A DNA stretch of 34,258 bases from a virus. Taxonomy: Duplodnaviria; Caudoviricetes. The stretch covers positions 1-34,258 of IMG/VR virus record IMGVR_UViG_3300025684_000038, one strand, 5' to 3'. This document shows positions 1 through 8,458 of the stretch, one piece after another. The translations under genes were made by a program, and so were the position numbers. The notes beneath the pieces are model-generated. The model made no database searches, was not told the origin of the DNA, and was given only the letters and a program-made list of their open reading frames with translations. The number at the start of each line of letters is the position of its first letter. Positions within the stretch are counted from its first letter, which is position 1.

Positions 1-1250
1 CATTTGAAGTACCTGGGTTTTCATCTATTAAAGATTTAGGTTCAATGGTAGTTCCAGAAGATCAAGTTGGTGAATTTACTAATCTTCTTAACGCAATGAA
101 AGATGCAACAGCAGCTACTGGTAGTACATCAGATCCAGCAGCACTTGACGCATTTGATCAACTTTGGGCCTTTGCAAAATCTTTTGATACAAAAGAATTC
201 CTAGCAGACATGAATTTACAAAATGAAGTTGCTAAAGCAATTGCAGTAACTAATGACCAGTTCCTACAAAACTTAACAATGGCAAACAATGCTATTGCCG
301 CAGTTGCACAAGGTAGTATACAATCGCAAGGCGAAAAAGGTGCATTCAAAGTTGGCGGCGACGAAGTTAAGCCAGGTGATGTAGTAGACAGTGCAGCAGG
401 AAATAAAAAGATTGCAGGAGTAGACAGCAAAGCAACAGCAGTAGATCCTAGCGATCTAAAAGGTAGAGCTGGCATTATGAGAGCTGCTAGCGAATCAGTT
501 AACATGCAAGCAGAGTTTGATAGATATCTAGCTGAAGCTGGATTCAAAGACATGATCAAAGGTGCAGGCAGTGCAATTAAGACTGGAGCAAAAGCAGTTG
601 GCGGTGCCGCTGCGGCTGTCGGAAAAGAACTAGGAAACAAAGCAACTTATCAAAAAATGATGAGTGCTTGGAAAAAAGCAGGCGAGCCAACAGACACAGG
701 ATCAATTGTAAACATTTTACAAGGCATGGGAATGTCATCAGATCAGATTTCTTCAGTTGGCCAAGAAAATAATGTAGAATTAGCAACTAAGAACGTAGGT
801 GATCCAGAAACTACAGCAGCAGATTCAACACAAAGTGATGCAGATGCAACTGGTAAGACAGCAGATAATTCGCCAGATTCTAAACCATCGCAAATCAAAA
901 CAGGTGATACTAAGGAAGTAAACGGTAAAACTTATTCTTGGGAAGGTGCTCTTTGGAAAGATGTTGCAACAGGACGTCCACTAGGAGTACAAGCGGCAGT
1001 TGATATGGGATTACCTAATCCTAAGATTGATCCAGTAGTTGCTGCAATTAAAAAAGCAGGTCCTGACGTTATTAAACTTGTAATTGATCAAGTTAATTCT
1101 AAGGGTGTTAAAGCTGGAACTAAAGATGCACAAGTTGCTAAACAAGCAGGTGCCAAAGGTACTCAACCACTTCCGGCAGCGCAAAACAAACCTAAAGCAG
1201 GAATTGCAAAGCCAGGCACAGTAGCAGCTAAGCCAAGGACAACAGCTTAA
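1..1250 (+). CDS. 5'-truncated Ala/Gly/Lys-rich hypothetical protein, possibly an internal head/virion protein
   Basis: The frame of ORF 45..1250 stays open back to the window edge (FEVPGFSSIKDLGSM...), so the real start is probably upstream. Low-complexity sequence with a YLAE-AG site resembling gp21-type cleavage sites. Function is inferred. Confidence 0.6.
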   Translation, partial: FEVPGFSSIKDLGSMVVPEDQVGEFTNLLNAMKDATAATGSTSDPAALDAFDQLWAFAKSFDTKEFLADMNLQNEVAKAIAVTNDQFLQNLTMANNAIAAVAQGSIQSQGEKGAFKVGGDEVKPGDVVDSAAGNKKIAGVDSKATAVDPSDLKGRAGIMRAASESVNMQAEFDRYLAEAGFKDMIKGAGSAIKTGAKAVGGAAAAVGKELGNKATYQKMMSAWKKAGEPTDTGSIVNILQGMGMSSDQISSVGQENNVELATKNVGDPETTAADSTQSDADATGKTADNSPDSKPSQIKTGDTKEVNGKTYSWEGALWKDVATGRPLGVQAAVDMGLPNPKIDPVVAAIKKAGPDVIKLVIDQVNSKGVKAGTKDAQVAKQAGAKGTQPLPAAQNKPKAGIAKPGTVAAKPRTTA

Positions 1251-1477
1251 AAGAAAGGCAGTCCGCTTTTCTTTGTTGTTTCTATATTGTCTTTGATCAG
1301 GTCAGAAATAATATTTCTATCTTCGTAGCTTAGAGAAAATGCTTCTTCTAAAGTTGCGCCGCCGCGAAGCCACCAAGATAATTTAAAACATTCGCTTTTA
1401 ATTTCTTTTTGCTCACCTTCGAACTCTTTGACTAAACTCTGGATCTTATCTACGCTCAGAGATAAGATCCTTACCCG
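1247..1477 (-). CDS. Start-less 76-codon ORF in the -1 frame of the gp26-like gene; predicted frameshift extension (gp51-like / gpT- or E'-like tail chaperone segment)
   Basis: Manual translation: RVRILSLSVDKIQSLVKEFEGEQKEIKSECFKLSWWLRGGATLEEAFSLSYEDRNIISDLIKDNIETTKKSGLPFF*. No in-frame ATG, GTG or TTG. It fills the gap exactly, and its TAA overlaps the convergent gene's TAA (ttaa 1247-1250). Confidence 0.8.
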   Translation of the reverse strand, partial: RVRILSLSVDKIQSLVKEFEGEQKEIKSECFKLSWWLRGGATLEEAFSLSYEDRNIISDLIKDNIETTKKSGLPFF

Positions 1478-1486
1478 AAAAAATTT
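1441..1486 (-). promoter_or_regulatory. Putative -1 programmed ribosomal frameshift signal (slippery site plus 3' stimulatory hairpin)
   Basis: Minus strand reads A AAU UUU UUC (1486-1477; two overlapping XXXYYYZ heptamers), spacer GGGUAA, then stem GGAUCUUAUCU / loop CUGAGCGU / AGAUAAGAUCC (1470-1441). Confidence 0.8.
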
Positions 1487-2358
1487 GATTGATCAAATGT
1501 AATCGGAACTTCCCATTCTGAAGGTGCACCTCTAGCTAAATCTTCAGCTGAAGGCACAGCTTTTAATGGTTCAATTGCAAATGCTTTGCGCTGACTATCA
1601 AGATGATCAGTAATAAATTTATAAAATTCTTTATCACTATTATTCATAAATTCATTAATATGGTTTTCATTAGTAACTTCGGTGTCTCCCATTTGAATCT
1701 TCCAAATACTTTTATTCATAGTTGTAATTGTTAGATCCGTAAGTTTAATAAAACTCTTGTTAAACCGTTCTAATTTTTCTTCGTCGTCCATATTATCATC
1801 ATTGACAATAGCAAAAACTCGTTGCTCTTCAAATGTTCTTAAACTAGTAGCAGTAAATTCTTTATAGCTAAGTGGTCTAGTCCAAACTTTAAGTTCGCCC
1901 ATTTGTACATCAGATACGTATTTGGCAGTAACTAATTTTCCTAATATTGCTTTTAAATCAACGTCAAATTTACGTAATTCAGATTTCCCGTCACTGTCAA
2001 CTAATCCTGGAACTGATGTTGTTATTTCCATTCTATCGCCGTATGTTGCAATGCGAATAGCAATTAATACTGCATCTAAATCTAGTGTTGGCATCTTCCA
2101 AGGATCTTTGATACAAGGAACGCAACTCTTAATAACATCAACAGTTGCTTGACCATTTAGTAGAGCATCAGGAGTTTTCATAGTAAGTTCATCTTTTGCT
2201 GTCATAGCAAATACTGGAACTTCTCCGGTTTCAGGATAATCAATCGACCCTTCCGGATAATATTCTCCCTTACTTGGCAAAGGAATATGAATCTTAGCTT
2301 GTCTAAAAAACTTCCGTAATGGGTTTTGTTCATAATCTTGTGGGTTAAAATCTGCCAT
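1471..2358 (-). CDS. gp26: T4 gp26-like baseplate hub assembly protein / tail assembly chaperone
   Basis: Motifs LPSKGEYY, MTAKDEL, DLDAVLIAIRIATYG, RPLSY and C-terminal FDQSNFF resemble the T4 gp26/gp51 baseplate family. SD GGAG lies upstream of the ATG. Divergent from the tape-measure candidate. Confidence 0.7.
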   Translation of the reverse strand: MADFNPQDYEQNPLRKFFRQAKIHIPLPSKGEYYPEGSIDYPETGEVPVFAMTAKDELTMKTPDALLNGQATVDVIKSCVPCIKDPWKMPTLDLDAVLIAIRIATYGDRMEITTSVPGLVDSDGKSELRKFDVDLKAILGKLVTAKYVSDVQMGELKVWTRPLSYKEFTATSLRTFEEQRVFAIVNDDNMDDEEKLERFNKSFIKLTDLTITTMNKSIWKIQMGDTEVTNENHINEFMNNSDKEFYKFITDHLDSQRKAFAIEPLKAVPSAEDLARGAPSEWEVPITFDQSNFFG

Positions 2359-2369
2359 GGTGTTCTCCG

Positions 2370-2378
2370 TATAAATAC
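2370..2378 (+). promoter_or_regulatory. T4-type late promoter box TATAAATA(C) for the tape-measure/portal operon
   Basis: Exact match to the T4 gp55 late consensus TATAAATA, intergenic, about 57 nt upstream of the GTG at 2435. Confidence 0.8.
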
Positions 2379-2400
2379 ACTATACTAATATGTATCATAT

Positions 2401-2408
2401 TATTTATG
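2401..2408 (-). promoter_or_regulatory. Late promoter box CATAAATA for the gp26-like gene
   Basis: Reverse complement of tatttatg, about 43 nt upstream of the ATG at 2358. A second variant, GTTAAATAC, lies at 2412-2420 (-). Confidence 0.6.
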
Positions 2409-2434
2409 TGCGTATTTAACTTGGGAATCTATTA

Positions 2435-5400
2435 GTGGCAGACGAAGTCGAAATTACTAACGTTGGCAATGGCGGAACAGTAGCAAGCGAGGAAACTCTT
2501 GCTAAATTACTCGCGGCTATGGAAAAGATGGGCGGTGGCAGCGGAGCAGCTGGCAAAGCTCAACAGTTATACAATACTGCAATTGTACAAGGCACTAAAG
2601 GTGTAACTACTAATACCCAAGAACAAAAGAAAAATAGCGATGCAACTAACGCTGCTACTGCAAGTATTAATACTTTAGGTATTGCAGCCAGCGCCTTAAA
2701 AACTGGACTTGGCCAACTTTTAGGTGGAGTAGTTGGATTAGGAACAGAATTAATAAACGGTGGCGACACTGTTGCTGATTTTGCTAAACATGTTCCGCTT
2801 GTCGGCGGCTACTTAGGAGCGTTAGCAGGCTTAATAGATCAAAACGTTGAAAGTTTTAGAGCATTAAGTCAGGTAGGTGCAACATTTGGCGATGGCATGA
2901 ATGATATTCGTGCAATATCAGCACAAGCGGGTATTCCCTTAGGTGAATTTACAGATCTTGTAAGTCAAAATTCTCAAACGATGAGATTGTTTGGAGCAGG
3001 TACAGCAGATGGCGCTAGAAACTTTGCTCGACTATCTAAAGAATTAAGAGAAGGTCCAGGAAAAGCATTTAGAAACATGGGCTATACAGCTACTGAACTA
3101 AATGAAGCATTAATTGATTATGCAGAGTTTAGTCAAAATCAAATTGGTGTTGAAAGAAGAGATAACCGAATGAGTGCGCAAAGCGCAGCGGCTTATTTAG
3201 AAACAATTGACCAACTTGCAGCAGTTACCGGTAAGCGTAGAGATCAAATACGTGAAGAAATGAATGCAGCACAAGCTGATCAACGTGCAAGACTAGCAAT
3301 GTCAAGAATGACTGAAGAGGAACAAACACGATTTGCTGCAAATCTTGCCAACACCCCACCAGCATTAGCAGATGCTCTTAATGATGCAGCTGACGGAGTT
3401 ATGGACAACGATCTTGCACAAGGATTAAGTGTTGCATCTGAAACATTCCGCCAACAAGCTGGCAACATTCAAAATATGAATGCCCAAGAATATAATAACT
3501 TTATGGCAACAGTAGGCAGAGAATTAGATGCAGCTGGAGTTGCCCTTGGCGCAGGCGCAGAACAAGTTATGAAAAGCGGCACTGGGTATGGACAGGCAAT
3601 TAGTTTAGCTGCTGATTTGAGAAACACGCAAATGATGGATGACGCTGAATTTGCAAGACTAAAAGCTGATAGAGAAGCACAAGCAGCAAGAGATGATGGT
3701 ATACTTAATTTGCAAAATTCTCTAAGAGAACTTAGAACAGGTTTGATGGATGCATTTATTAATAGTGGTGCATTGGCTTCGATACAAGCAGGTTTAAGTA
3801 AACTTGGAGAGATTGTTGGAACTAAAGAATTTCAAGATGGATTAAAAACAGCAGTTGAGGGATTAATTGCAGGACTTCAGATGGTTGCTAGTGCAGTTGG
3901 AACAGTAATCGAATTTCTTGGCAGTGTTGGCGACACATTTGGTACAGCAGGAGTTGTTGCTGCTTTAGTAGCAGGCATTGCAGGCCTCTTTGCTGCTAAA
4001 GCAGTAGTAGGTGCATTAGCAGGAGCAGCTAAAGGAGCAATATCTAGAGGTATTGAAGGAAGACTTAGTGGTATCTTTGGCGGCGGCGGCTCCCCGGGAG
4101 CAAGCGGCGCATCACCTAGAGCTGCACCACCGAGAGCCGGTGCTGCAATAGGAAGAAATGCAGCAGCAGCAGGCGGCGGCATTGGAAAAGGTTTAGGAAA
4201 TTTAGGTGGAGGCATACTCAAAGGCATTGCAAGCGGACTTAAAGCATTTGCTAATCCTCAAGTTGCTATCGGCGCAGCAGTTGTAGCAGGTGTTATACTT
4301 GTTATTGGCGGTGCGATCGCAGGTGCTGCATGGCTACTAGGCAAAGCACTTCCTACTCTTGTAGAAGGTATTAGATCTTTTGAAGAAATTGACGGCGCAG
4401 CATTAAAGTCAACAGCAGTCGGGATGTTAGCACTATCAGGAGCTATGGCAGCATTTGGTGCAGGTTCAGCAGTTGCAGGCCTAGGGGCAATGGTAGGCGG
4501 AATTACAGGTGCTATAGGAAAATTATTTGGTGCAGATGATCCGCTAGAACAACTTAAACAATTTGCAGCAGCAGATATTGATGCATCAAAAGTAAAATCA
4601 AATGCAGAGGCAATGGCTGCATTTAGCACAGCAATGGCTGCTGGAGGCGCAGGATCTGCTGCTGAAGGCTTAGGTAGTTTAGTAAGTGGAATTGCTGGCG
4701 GCATTGGAGCGTTGTTTGGAGGCAGTGACACTGACGATATTGTTGCAGATATGATTAAATTTGCTGCGGTCGATGTTGATACTGCTAAAGTTAAAAATAA
4801 TGCCGAGGCGATGATTGCATTTAGTTCAGCAATGGCTGCTGCTGCGGGCGGAAGTGCTGTTGGAGGATTAGGAACCTTAGTAAGTGGAATTGCAGGCGGT
4901 ATCGGCGCATTGTTTGGCGGCGACACTACTGACGATACTTTTGAACAGCTTAAAAGATTTTCGACATACGATATTGATACTGCTAAAGTTAAAAATAATG
5001 CTGAAGCAATGTCAGCATTTAGTGCAGCAATGTCAACAGGTTCAGCAGCAGCAGGCGCAGGCGCAGTAGCGTCTATAGGTAATGCAATTGCAAGTTTCTT
5101 TGGCGGTGATACTCCATTAGATCAAGTTAAAGAATTTGGAGAAATGCAACTTAATGTTGCTCAAATTGAAGCAAATGCAAATGCAATTAGATTGATGTCA
5201 ACTTCTTTAACTGGTTTTTCAGAAGCAGACCTTGACGAAACTCCTATAATAAGCTATACTGAAGCTATTGAAGCATTAACAGAGGCATTAGGAAATCTAA
5301 ATGAAGAATTATCAAGAGACAATGATACGCTACTGACTAGTAGAGCAGATGCCGGCGAGCTATTAAGTGGCATTAATGCATCCAGTACTGGCAGTAATCA

Positions 5401-5548
5401 AGGCATAAGTTCGTTAAATAGTACTATGCAAGCAATGTTAGTTACACTAGGCGATCTAAAAGATATTAATACTAAGGTTGAAAGAAATACACAAGCAATA
5501 ACAAGCGGAAACTTAGCTGCCGGAAGTGTAAGCAGAACAGGAACTTAA
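2435..5548 (+). CDS. Probable tape measure / baseplate hub protein (T4 gp29-like role)
   Basis: 1037 aa, Ala/Gly-rich and helical, with hydrophobic stretches and ~70-aa internal repeats (D[IV]D.[SA]KVK.NAEAM.AFS.AM x3). Adjacent to the gp26-like gene. Confidence 0.7.
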   Translation: MADEVEITNVGNGGTVASEETLAKLLAAMEKMGGGSGAAGKAQQLYNTAIVQGTKGVTTNTQEQKKNSDATNAATASINTLGIAASALKTGLGQLLGGVVGLGTELINGGDTVADFAKHVPLVGGYLGALAGLIDQNVESFRALSQVGATFGDGMNDIRAISAQAGIPLGEFTDLVSQNSQTMRLFGAGTADGARNFARLSKELREGPGKAFRNMGYTATELNEALIDYAEFSQNQIGVERRDNRMSAQSAAAYLETIDQLAAVTGKRRDQIREEMNAAQADQRARLAMSRMTEEEQTRFAANLANTPPALADALNDAADGVMDNDLAQGLSVASETFRQQAGNIQNMNAQEYNNFMATVGRELDAAGVALGAGAEQVMKSGTGYGQAISLAADLRNTQMMDDAEFARLKADREAQAARDDGILNLQNSLRELRTGLMDAFINSGALASIQAGLSKLGEIVGTKEFQDGLKTAVEGLIAGLQMVASAVGTVIEFLGSVGDTFGTAGVVAALVAGIAGLFAAKAVVGALAGAAKGAISRGIEGRLSGIFGGGGSPGASGASPRAAPPRAGAAIGRNAAAAGGGIGKGLGNLGGGILKGIASGLKAFANPQVAIGAAVVAGVILVIGGAIAGAAWLLGKALPTLVEGIRSFEEIDGAALKSTAVGMLALSGAMAAFGAGSAVAGLGAMVGGITGAIGKLFGADDPLEQLKQFAAADIDASKVKSNAEAMAAFSTAMAAGGAGSAAEGLGSLVSGIAGGIGALFGGSDTDDIVADMIKFAAVDVDTAKVKNNAEAMIAFSSAMAAAAGGSAVGGLGTLVSGIAGGIGALFGGDTTDDTFEQLKRFSTYDIDTAKVKNNAEAMSAFSAAMSTGSAAAGAGAVASIGNAIASFFGGDTPLDQVKEFGEMQLNVAQIEANANAIRLMSTSLTGFSEADLDETPIISYTEAIEALTEALGNLNEELSRDNDTLLTSRADAGELLSGINASSTGSNQGISSLNSTMQAMLVTLGDLKDINTKVERNTQAITSGNLAAGSVSRTGT
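4410..5190 (+). repeat. Intragenic ~210-bp degenerate repeats (3 clear copies plus partial ones)
   Basis: gatactgctaaagttaaaaataatgc occurs near 4778 and 4976; ttagtaagtggaattgc occurs near 4679 and 4878. The protein repeat is visible in the translation. Confidence 0.75.
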
Positions 5549-5549
5549 G

Positions 5550-7304
5550 ATGAGCTGGAAAAAATACTTTACACCTGTACAAACAGGAGATAATTTAAAT
5601 GGATCATATAGTCCGTTAGGATCAAACCGTGGCGGAATAGCAGGTCCAGCCAAAAGTAACTATTCATCTTATTTGCCAGATGTTTATGTAGGTACGCCAA
5701 ATCGTGTTGAACGCTATGGGCAATACAATACAATGGATATGGACAGCGAAGTTAATGCTGCTCTTGATATTCTTGCAGAATTTTGTAGTCAAAAAAATAC
5801 AAGAAACGATACTCCATTTATTGTTAATTTTAGACAAACTACTGCAACTAATTCAGAAGTAACTATTATACAAAAATATTTGCAACAGTGGTGCAAACTA
5901 CAAAAATTTGAAACAAGAATATTTCGTATTCTAAGAAATATATTTAAATATGGCGATCAATTCTTTGTTAGAGATCCAGAAACAAAAAAGTGGTTTCATG
6001 TTGATCCAGGAAATATAACACGAATTATTGTTAACGAAAGTGAAGGCAAAACACCTGAGCAATACGTTGTAAAAAATATAAACTTTAATTTTAAAGACAT
6101 GGTTGCTACCACACCATTTAATACTCAGGGAGGCGTTCCTGGTAAAGGTTCTGGTAATGATTATGCTCCTCAAGGAAACGCAAGAGGGATGGTAGGACAG
6201 CCACAGTCAAATATGACTGGCAGTAGATTTAGTACAGACGAATCTGAAATTACTATTGATGCAAAGCATGTAGTTCATCTTTCATTAAGTGAAGGGCTAG
6301 ACAGCAACTTTCCATTTGGTAACAGCTTACTAGAAACTATTTTTAAAGTATACAAACAAAAAGAATTACTTGAAGATGCTATTATCATCTATCGTGTACA
6401 AAGAGCGCCGGAGCGCAGAGTATTCTACGTTGATGTGGGTAACATGCCAAGTCACTTGGCGATGCAATTTGTTGAACGTGTTAAGACGGAAATACATCAA
6501 AGACGTATCCCATCGTCAACAGGAGGAGGCACTAATGTCATAGACAGTTCTTACAATCCTCTGTCAATCAACGAAGACTACTTCTTCCCACAAACAGCTG
6601 AAGGTAGAGGTTCTAAAGTTGAAACACTTCCAGGCGGTACAAACCTAGGAGAGATTGATGACTTACGATACTTTACTAATAAGTTGGTACGCGGATTACG
6701 TATCCCAAGTTCGTACCTTCCAACTGGAGCAGATGATTCAGCAGCACAATATAATGACGGCCGTGTTGGAACAGCATACATTCAAGAACTACGCTTCAAT
6801 ACCTATTGTGAACGTCTGCAAAACTTAGTAGTTGAAGAGTTTAGTCAAGAATTTAAACGTTACTTGCTAGAAAAAGGTATCAACATTGATACAGCAATGT
6901 TTGATCTTAAATTCCAGCCACCACAAAACTTTGCAAGTTATCGCCAAAGCGAAATTGATAATGCTCGTGTACCGACTTATACGCAAATGGCTGCAATTCC
7001 TTATATGTCAAATCGTTTTGCTATGAAACGTTTCTTGGGCATGACTGAAGAAGAAATTGCAGAAAATGAACGTCTGTGGCGCGAAGAAAATGATGAAAAC
7101 TTAGATCCACTACCAGGTGATGCAGCAGCAGAACTTAGAAGTGGCGGCATCTCAAGTGCAGCATTAGGAGATGATTTAGGCGGTGTTGAAGACGAAGCAG
7201 GAACAGAACCAACTCCTACTGATGGCGGCGCAGCCGGCGGCCCTGCAAGCGCAACAGATCAACCAATCGGCGGAAGTGCACCGGTTACGGATCAAACGGT
7301 ATAA
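5550..7304 (+). CDS. gp20: Portal vertex protein
   Basis: T4-type portal motifs LLEDAIIIYRVQRAPERRVFYVDVGNMP, EDYFFP...GRGSKVETLPGGTNLGEIDDLRYF and LRIPSS. Confidence 0.97.
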   Translation: MSWKKYFTPVQTGDNLNGSYSPLGSNRGGIAGPAKSNYSSYLPDVYVGTPNRVERYGQYNTMDMDSEVNAALDILAEFCSQKNTRNDTPFIVNFRQTTATNSEVTIIQKYLQQWCKLQKFETRIFRILRNIFKYGDQFFVRDPETKKWFHVDPGNITRIIVNESEGKTPEQYVVKNINFNFKDMVATTPFNTQGGVPGKGSGNDYAPQGNARGMVGQPQSNMTGSRFSTDESEITIDAKHVVHLSLSEGLDSNFPFGNSLLETIFKVYKQKELLEDAIIIYRVQRAPERRVFYVDVGNMPSHLAMQFVERVKTEIHQRRIPSSTGGGTNVIDSSYNPLSINEDYFFPQTAEGRGSKVETLPGGTNLGEIDDLRYFTNKLVRGLRIPSSYLPTGADDSAAQYNDGRVGTAYIQELRFNTYCERLQNLVVEEFSQEFKRYLLEKGINIDTAMFDLKFQPPQNFASYRQSEIDNARVPTYTQMAAIPYMSNRFAMKRFLGMTEEEIAENERLWREENDENLDPLPGDAAAELRSGGISSAALGDDLGGVEDEAGTEPTPTDGGAAGGPASATDQPIGGSAPVTDQTV

Positions 7305-7308
7305 ATAC
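7300..7308 (+). promoter_or_regulatory. Late promoter box TATAAATAC overlapping the portal stop codon
   Basis: Exact consensus; the next ATG (7313) follows the octamer after 5 nt. Confidence 0.8.
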
Positions 7309-7312
7309 TTAC

Positions 7313-7561
7313 ATGATACTTAGAGAATTATTTTACTTTGATAAAGAAACAATCGACTCAGTAGACGATAAAGGCTACGAATCTGAGTATGACGATTCTG
7401 TTGTCAAAAAAAGTGACACTCGTAAAACACGCCTAACACTTCGCCAAATAAACCGTATACGTAAAGCATCTGAACTTCATAGTGAAGAAAGTAAAAAAGA
7501 TCTTGAATTTGTAAAACAAATGTACGGAATTGCTGCTAACGCAGAAGCTGGCGGAGTATGA
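7313..7561 (+). CDS. Small head-module protein (position of T4 gp67/gp68 prohead core genes)
   Basis: 82 aa, N-terminal MILRE and basic RKTRLTLRQINRIRK, directly after the portal. Orthology is not established. Confidence 0.7.
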   Translation: MILRELFYFDKETIDSVDDKGYESEYDDSVVKKSDTRKTRLTLRQINRIRKASELHSEESKKDLEFVKQMYGIAANAEAGGV

Positions 7562-7564
7562 TAA

Positions 7565-8341
7565 TTGGCAAAATTAGATAAGACTCAATACACTAAAGAA
7601 GAGTGGATTAGAGTTCGAGCTGAACGCAGAGCAAGAAAATCAAACGATCGAAGAATTAAAGAACTTGCACAAGTTGCTGCACAATCTGTTCAACCTGCTA
7701 AAATAAAAAAACCTTCTGTAGAAATTCCAGCAGGCTTTATGCCTAAATCAAAAAATGAAGTTGCATTTATAATAGGCAACGGTACAAGCCGAAAAAGTAT
7801 TCCTTTAGAACATCTTAGAGATTACGGTACTATATACGGGTGTAATGCTCTTTACAGAGAATTTGAACCAGATTATTTAATAGCAGTTGATACTAAAATG
7901 ATACTCGAAATTAATAAAGCTGGGTTTCAAAAGAATCATTCTGTGTGGACTAATCCAAATAAAGCATACCAAAAGTTTACTGGGTTTAATTATTTTAGTC
8001 CTTCAAAAGGATGGAGCAGTGGCCCAACAGCATTACATTTAGCAAGTGAACATAAAAATAATGAAATTTATATTTTAGGATTTGATTATATAGGTTTAGA
8101 GAACAATAAAACTGTAAATAACATATATGCAGATTCATTTAACTATAAAAAATCACATGATGGTGCTACATATCACGGCAATTGGCTCAAACAAACTTGC
8201 ATTACCTGTCAAAAATTTCCTAAAAAAAGATATATAAGAGTGTTAGGAGAACCAAACTTTATACCTAAAGAATTTAATTCTCTAACTAATTTTGAACACA
8301 TAACTATTGAAGAATTTAAAAAAATCTTCAATATTTCCTAG
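7565..8341 (+). CDS. GT42 (CstII) / Maf (DUF115)-like nucleotide-sugar transferase-fold protein with a basic N-terminal extension
   Basis: Motifs AFIIGNGTSR, IYGCNALYR, DYLIAVD, SSGPTALHLA and IYILGFD are typical of this Rossmann-like family. TTG start with SD GGAG at 7553-7556. Confidence 0.6.
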   Translation: MAKLDKTQYTKEEWIRVRAERRARKSNDRRIKELAQVAAQSVQPAKIKKPSVEIPAGFMPKSKNEVAFIIGNGTSRKSIPLEHLRDYGTIYGCNALYREFEPDYLIAVDTKMILEINKAGFQKNHSVWTNPNKAYQKFTGFNYFSPSKGWSSGPTALHLASEHKNNEIYILGFDYIGLENNKTVNNIYADSFNYKKSHDGATYHGNWLKQTCITCQKFPKKRYIRVLGEPNFIPKEFNSLTNFEHITIEEFKKIFNIS

Positions 8342-8397
8342 CATTCTTAGAAAATGGCTCATTTTGAGCCTGTTTCGAATATATATACGTACTTTTT

Positions 8398-8405
8398 GTT
8401 AAATA
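8398..8405 (+). promoter_or_regulatory. Variant late promoter GTTAAATA upstream of the core/protease/capsid genes
   Basis: One mismatch to the local ATAAATA core; intergenic; SD AGGAG near 8448. Confidence 0.45.
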
Positions 8406-8458
8406 TAATATGACAGCCCCACACCGTACGGTGTAACAAACATTTATAGGAGTTTAAA

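Noticed and set aside
1441-1470. The hairpin read as a rho-independent terminator
   Set aside because: There is no U-tract on either strand; it lies in an open -1 frame at typical frameshift-stimulator spacing.
3877-4926. Pro/Ala-rich antisense ORFs inside the tape-measure gene, and similar shadow ORFs elsewhere
   Set aside because: Expected from GGN/GCN codon bias on the coding strand; they lie fully within well-supported genes.
7559-7567. Stop-codon readthrough or recoding joining 7313..7561 to the in-frame 7565..8341
   Set aside because: There are two consecutive stops (TGA TAA), the downstream TTG has its own SD, and long genes are intact under the standard code.
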